From Candidatus Melainabacteria bacterium 17Bon1m (GTDB taxonomy: Bacteria; Cyanobacteriota; Vampirovibrionia; Obscuribacterales; Obscuribacteraceae), in the NCBI GenBank assembly GCA_032128875.1, contig JAVLKG010000001.1, forward strand, positions 480,001-544,000: a stretch of 64,000 nucleotides of DNA, given 5' to 3'. Below are positions 59,891 to 64,000 of this stretch, one piece after another (position 1 is the first letter of the stretch; each line of letters opens with the position of its first letter). Position numbers and translations under genes: made by a program. The notes beneath the pieces were generated by a model. The model was not told where the DNA came from. It saw nothing but the letters and a program-made list of their open reading frames with translations, and did no database searches.

Positions 59891-62344
59891 CTAAGACCAC
59901 CAGCTATTGCTCAGTGCTTGTGGCACTGGAGGCTTGACTGGGGTCTCTGCCTGCGCCCAGGCGCCGCGCTGACGCAGGACTGTGCCGAGAGCGTGGTTGA
60001 GATTCGGTTTGCGAGATTCGGGAGCGGACCGCCCCTGAAGGTCGCTAGTAAAATCAGCGACTGTGACGAGTACTTCTTCCTGCGGCTCGAACGATTGCTG
60101 GGTGTTTGGCACCAGGCTAAAACCAGTGAGAGGTGGTGCACTGACGGGCGGCGCCGTGGCTGCAGCTGCTTCTGCGACTGTTTGCAGCTTGGAGAGCAAT
60201 TGCTGAGGCGTCAGCGCTACGCCGGATGGAACTTTGGCAAATCCGGCCGCAGGCTGTCCGCTCACCATTGGGGGCGGCGGGTAATTGAAGCGCTGGTCTC
60301 TGAGTGCGGCGATTCTAGGATCATCGTTCGAGTTCATTTCTGACTCCTGATTGGGGGTGGAGGTGGAGGTGGAGGATGGGGAGAAGTCTTCTGCTTCTAT
60401 TTCTGCTTTTACTTTTTCTAGATAGATAAGATCCGGATCTTGGTGCGGGACGCTCGCCGGATAGTGCATCACGTTCTGAATCGAGTTGCCGAGCACGCTG
60501 CCGATTGTGTTTCTCGGCAATGGCGCAACCGGATGTCCGGATGAAGGCGGTGCCGCACAGACGGGGTCATTCCAAACACCGGTTTCTTTGTTGAGCGTGC
60601 ATTTTGTTTCGACTGGTGTTTCTTGTACGTCAGGAGACCAGCCAGTCATTGGGTCGGAAAAGGCGATGCGAGGTGCGGCAGGTTGGATTGATTCGGCGGG
60701 GGTTGCAGGAACAGCAGGCACGACCGGAGCGACGGGGGCTGCCAGCGGTGGTTTTGAAACGTTTTGGGGAGAAACGAGCGGCATTGGTCCTTTCGCATTA
60801 GCTTTGAGCGGGGCCGCTGGAACCTTGGGCAATTCATTGCCCTCGTCATCGTGAGTAACTGTGAATCCTGCCATTCTGGCAGCGATTGGAGCAGCGCTGG
60901 CGACTTTGTCCGGAGCCGCTGCAGGAGCGCTATTTTGTTTGCTGCCGGCGCCTTTCGAGCCACCTTTCTTGCCACCCTTGCCGCCGCCTTTGCCACCACC
61001 GCCGCCACCACCTTCCGCGCCTGCTGCAACTTCAGCGCCGATCATTTCGCACTGTTGAACAGCGCTCTTCATGATGGCAGCGCAGTCAAATGCATGTTTT
61101 ACAGAGGTCGTCGCGAGTACGTTCAGCGCAGTCACCATGTATAGACCGGTCGAAGCTTGTGCTTTGGTCATTGCCAGAAGGCAGATGGTGATTTGCCAGA
61201 GGAAACTCCAGAACGCCAGCGTAATGCAGCTTTCAACCCAGGTGGGGAATGCTTGTTTGAACATTTGGGTCGGCCATGCCCAGAGCCCGGCCATGATCGG
61301 ACCAGCGAAGTAGAGGTAGTAAAAGAAAGCCATTTGGAACGCGGTTAGCATTGCCCAACCGGCGCAAAGCCCTGCGTTAGCTGTGTACATGCCCATGCGT
61401 GTTGCAATCGATGCTTGCGGCATGATGGTGTCTTCGCGGTTGGGCGGAACAAGATAGAGACCGGTGCAGGGATCGCTGATTTTGCCCCAAAGGCGACCTT
61501 CAATTTTCGCGAACGGCTCGTTGCCGCGGGGGGAAAGATCTGGGGAGATATCTTTGCTCAGCGAACCTTCGGCTTCAGCCAAATAACGAACACCGAATGC
61601 GCGGATTTCTGCGCACATTGCGTCGCGGTACATGTCACCGCCGACGATGCGCGAGTATTCTGAACTGACTGTGTAGTGAAGGCTGTTGCCCAGGTCGATG
61701 GCGAAGTTTGTGACGAGGCAGCTTGCCGGAACCAGCGCGACTGCAATGATTCCGCGCTGTATACCTTCGAGCGGGCTGGTCGCACCGAGGACCGGGTTGC
61801 CTTGCGCCATGATTGCTCTTACTTGTGTAAGGACGGCACCAGGCAGAATCAGCAAAAGTGCGATAGGCACGAAAACATTGTTGCGGTGTCTGTTCCAACG
61901 GTTGCCGTCCGATGTCGTGAAGTTTTTCATAAAACGCGAAGCGTAGTCGATGGCCATGCACGCCATGTCGCGTGCGATGTCACCGGCTGAGTTGCCGACT
62001 TGGCTTTGACCGGCTTGCGACTCGGCGGCAGCACCCTTGGTGGCATTTTTCGGACGAAGCGATTTTGCTGCAATCAGTTCGGCTCTGTTCTTGGACACTT
62101 GGCCTACTTGCTGGTCCTTTACCTCGCCTTGTTTTTTTGCAAGCGCCTCTGCTTCCTCTGCGAGCTCGTCGGGCTTCATCGCTTGGTTTTGCTCTTCTTC
62201 CATCGACTTCAAATTGGTCTTGTTCACATCTTCAGCAAATGCTTGAGAGTTGCAAGCGAAAAACGAGATGAGTAGCGCGCTCACAAAGGTGAGGACGAAA
62301 CCAGCGTGTTGCATTTTTTGAAGATTGGACTTCGACAATTTCAC
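59891..62344 (-). CDS. VirB6/TrbL-like membrane protein, type B2, fused to a type-C tail
   Basis: Conserved core; GAGG RBS; Pro-rich tail carrying type-C motifs. Confidence 0.7.
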   Translation of the reverse strand: MKLSKSNLQKMQHAGFVLTFVSALLISFFACNSQAFAEDVNKTNLKSMEEEQNQAMKPDELAEEAEALAKKQGEVKDQQVGQVSKNRAELIAAKSLRPKNATKGAAAESQAGQSQVGNSAGDIARDMACMAIDYASRFMKNFTTSDGNRWNRHRNNVFVPIALLLILPGAVLTQVRAIMAQGNPVLGATSPLEGIQRGIIAVALVPASCLVTNFAIDLGNSLHYTVSSEYSRIVGGDMYRDAMCAEIRAFGVRYLAEAEGSLSKDISPDLSPRGNEPFAKIEGRLWGKISDPCTGLYLVPPNREDTIMPQASIATRMGMYTANAGLCAGWAMLTAFQMAFFYYLYFAGPIMAGLWAWPTQMFKQAFPTWVESCITLAFWSFLWQITICLLAMTKAQASTGLYMVTALNVLATTSVKHAFDCAAIMKSAVQQCEMIGAEVAAGAEGGGGGGGKGGGKGGKKGGSKGAGSKQNSAPAAAPDKVASAAPIAARMAGFTVTHDDEGNELPKVPAAPLKANAKGPMPLVSPQNVSKPPLAAPVAPVVPAVPATPAESIQPAAPRIAFSDPMTGWSPDVQETPVETKCTLNKETGVWNDPVCAAPPSSGHPVAPLPRNTIGSVLGNSIQNVMHYPASVPHQDPDLIYLEKVKAEIEAEDFSPSSTSTSTPNQESEMNSNDDPRIAALRDQRFNYPPPPMVSGQPAAGFAKVPSGVALTPQQLLSKLQTVAEAAAATAPPVSAPPLTGFSLVPNTQQSFEPQEEVLVTVADFTSDLQGRSAPESRKPNLNHALGTVLRQRGAWAQAETPVKPPVPQALSNSWWS

Positions 62345-62358
62345 TGTTGATTCCTCGC

Positions 62359-63711
62359 TTACTTGCCGCTCGAAGCTGCTTTGCCCATCTTTTCGCCGAT
62401 TTCGGCCGCTTTCATACCGGCTGCTTTGACCAGTCCGGAGAAGTCAAATGCGTGTTTGACTGAGCCTGTGGCGAGGAAATTCAAAGCCGTTAGCATGAAG
62501 ATGCCCGTGTCGTCTGTGCCTTTGAAGCAAGCGATGAGGAGTACTACTGTTGTCCAAAAAAAGCTCCAGAAGCAGAGGGTAATGACGCCTTCAACCCATA
62601 TGCCGAACGAATCTCTGAACACTTTCAACGGCCAGACCCAAAGACCAGCGAATACAGGACCGATGAAGAACAAGTAGTAAAAGAAAGCTGTTTGGAATGC
62701 GCAGCATATTGTCCAACCGGTATTCGCTGCTGCGTTTGTCGAGAAGAGAACGGCGCGAGCGGCAATTGTTGAAGCCGGCATCGATGCGTCATCGCGGTTG
62801 GGAGGAACCAGGTAGAGACCGGCGCATGGATCGTTGAGTTTGCCCCAGAGTCTGCCTTCTGCAGGTGAGAAGAGACCTGCAAAACGTGGGGCGAGGTCTG
62901 GGTCAGGAACTTTGAGCGAGCCTTCATTTTCCGAAAGATAGCGCACTCCGAATGCGCGAATCTCGGCGCACATCGCATCGTGATACATGTCCGTGCCGCA
63001 CATGTTGCGGTATTCCTGAGCGATTGTGTACTGAAAACTGTTGGCGAGGTCTACGGCGTAATTGACGATCAAGTAGCTGGCGGGGATGAGGAAAACGCCG
63101 ATGAACGAACGTTGAAGACCGTCGATTGGGCTGACTTGACCGACTACCGGATTGCCTTGTGCGATGATGGCGCGCATTTGCGACATTACTGCACCGGGAA
63201 GGAGGAAAAGAATTCCGATCGGTACGAACACGCCATCACGAAAACGATTCCAACGGTTGCCGCCTTCAGTAGTAAAGTTTTTCAAAAAACGCGAGCAGTA
63301 GTCGATTGCTGCGCAACCTTGATCGCGTGCGATGTCGGCTGCAGAATTGCCTGCTTGAGTGGCTTGCGCTTGACCGGTCGCTTTGGCTGTCGGAGCGGTG
63401 TTGCGCGGTTGGTTCATCTGACCGATCATGCGCTCGGTTTGATTCCAGCGTGACATTCGCAGGACGATCGCTTTGAGTTTTTCGGGAGGAAGTTTTGAGA
63501 GCGCTTCGGCGATTGCATCCAAGCGTTCTTTCTTGATTGCCTTGTCGTATTCTTTTGCCGCTTTGACAGATGTCGAGGCGCCGTCTGTTCCCATTTTTTC
63601 TTTCGGGCGTAGTCCTTGAGCCAGACATTCTGGCGCGGCTACCGTGAGAATCAGCATTAGAACTGCCACACCGGCGAGAGCTATTTTTGTGATATTGCCT
63701 GAAGATGACAC
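62359..63711 (-). CDS. VirB6/TrbL-like membrane protein, type B1 (short)
   Basis: Conserved core; FKGTDDTGIFM shared with the 55397-58060 protein. Confidence 0.7.
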   Translation of the reverse strand: MSSSGNITKIALAGVAVLMLILTVAAPECLAQGLRPKEKMGTDGASTSVKAAKEYDKAIKKERLDAIAEALSKLPPEKLKAIVLRMSRWNQTERMIGQMNQPRNTAPTAKATGQAQATQAGNSAADIARDQGCAAIDYCSRFLKNFTTEGGNRWNRFRDGVFVPIGILFLLPGAVMSQMRAIIAQGNPVVGQVSPIDGLQRSFIGVFLIPASYLIVNYAVDLANSFQYTIAQEYRNMCGTDMYHDAMCAEIRAFGVRYLSENEGSLKVPDPDLAPRFAGLFSPAEGRLWGKLNDPCAGLYLVPPNRDDASMPASTIAARAVLFSTNAAANTGWTICCAFQTAFFYYLFFIGPVFAGLWVWPLKVFRDSFGIWVEGVITLCFWSFFWTTVVLLIACFKGTDDTGIFMLTALNFLATGSVKHAFDFSGLVKAAGMKAAEIGEKMGKAASSGK

Positions 63712-63763
63712 TTTGTTTTCCTCGGGGGTGGAGAGGCGGAGCTTAGGAGGTTTTTCTTAAAAC

Positions 63764-63805
63764 GTTTCGCTTAGGCGGTTTCGCTTAGGCTGTTTTGTTT
63801 AGGCA
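63764..63805. repeat. 14-bp tandem repeat, 3 copies, over a stop codon
   Basis: GTTTCGCTTAGGCG / GTTTCGCTTAGGCT / GTTTTGTTTAGGCA. Confidence 0.75.
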
Positions 63806-64000
63806 GCCTTTTTGCCTTGAGCGGCTTGGCTGATTTCTTTGCCCTTCTCCAGGAGCTTGTCGACCATGTCACCGGGTCTGCAATCGAATGGTGCAAACGG
63901 TACGTACATCATCATCACCAGGAAGCAGCCGAGCATAAGAGCTTCCCACTCTGTATTCGCCTGGTATTCGCCGATCTCTGAGAGCCAATGAATTCGTGTC
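63799..64000 (-). CDS. Partial (3' end) type-A VirB6/TrbL-like paralogue
   Basis: Translates TRIHWLSEIGEYQANTEWEALMLGCFLVMMMYVPFAPFDCRPGDMVDKLLEK..., close to the C-terminus of 58092-59633. Confidence 0.85.
   Translation of the reverse strand, partial: TRIHWLSEIGEYQANTEWEALMLGCFLVMMMYVPFAPFDCRPGDMVDKLLEKGKEISQAAQGKKAA

Overview
64-kb bacterial chromosomal window, gene-dense, with no rRNA, tRNA, CRISPR array or transposase recognised. The gene style (many secreted and TPR hypotheticals, cyanobacteria-like proteins, no photosynthesis genes) suggests a non-photosynthetic Cyanobacteriota relative such as Melainabacteria/Obscuribacterales; this is an inference. Contents in order: a stress/four-helix-bundle cluster (1.5-5.6 kb); a SulP-ArsR-USP-divergent beta-carbonic anhydrase locus; alkD-like; argF-argG-argH; HAD-ATPase, TPR and dihaem cytochrome c genes; a NarL regulator; a P-type ATPase; a CNNM-CNNM-DUF2490-SulP operon; an RND pump; proteases and hydrolases; rrf2-tauE; a duplicated-module histidine kinase with an OmpR-family regulator; PPi-type PFK; patatin; and a tandem array of at least 6 VirB6/TrbL-like membrane-protein paralogues (53.3-64 kb). 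Main finds: (1) a complete trp-style ribosome attenuator with an Arg-rich leader peptide (RRTRR) in front of argFGH; (2) a conserved promoter, TTCACG-N5-TTCACG-N10-TAnnnT, occurring six times between 36.8 and 59.7 kb, defining a probable regulon; (3) a highly structured ~280-nt candidate ncRNA driven by that promoter just downstream of the OmpR gene; (4) the VirB6-like array is a duplicated A-B1-B2(-C) cassette with a fusion/internal-start variant. All calls were made by eye; no database searches were run.
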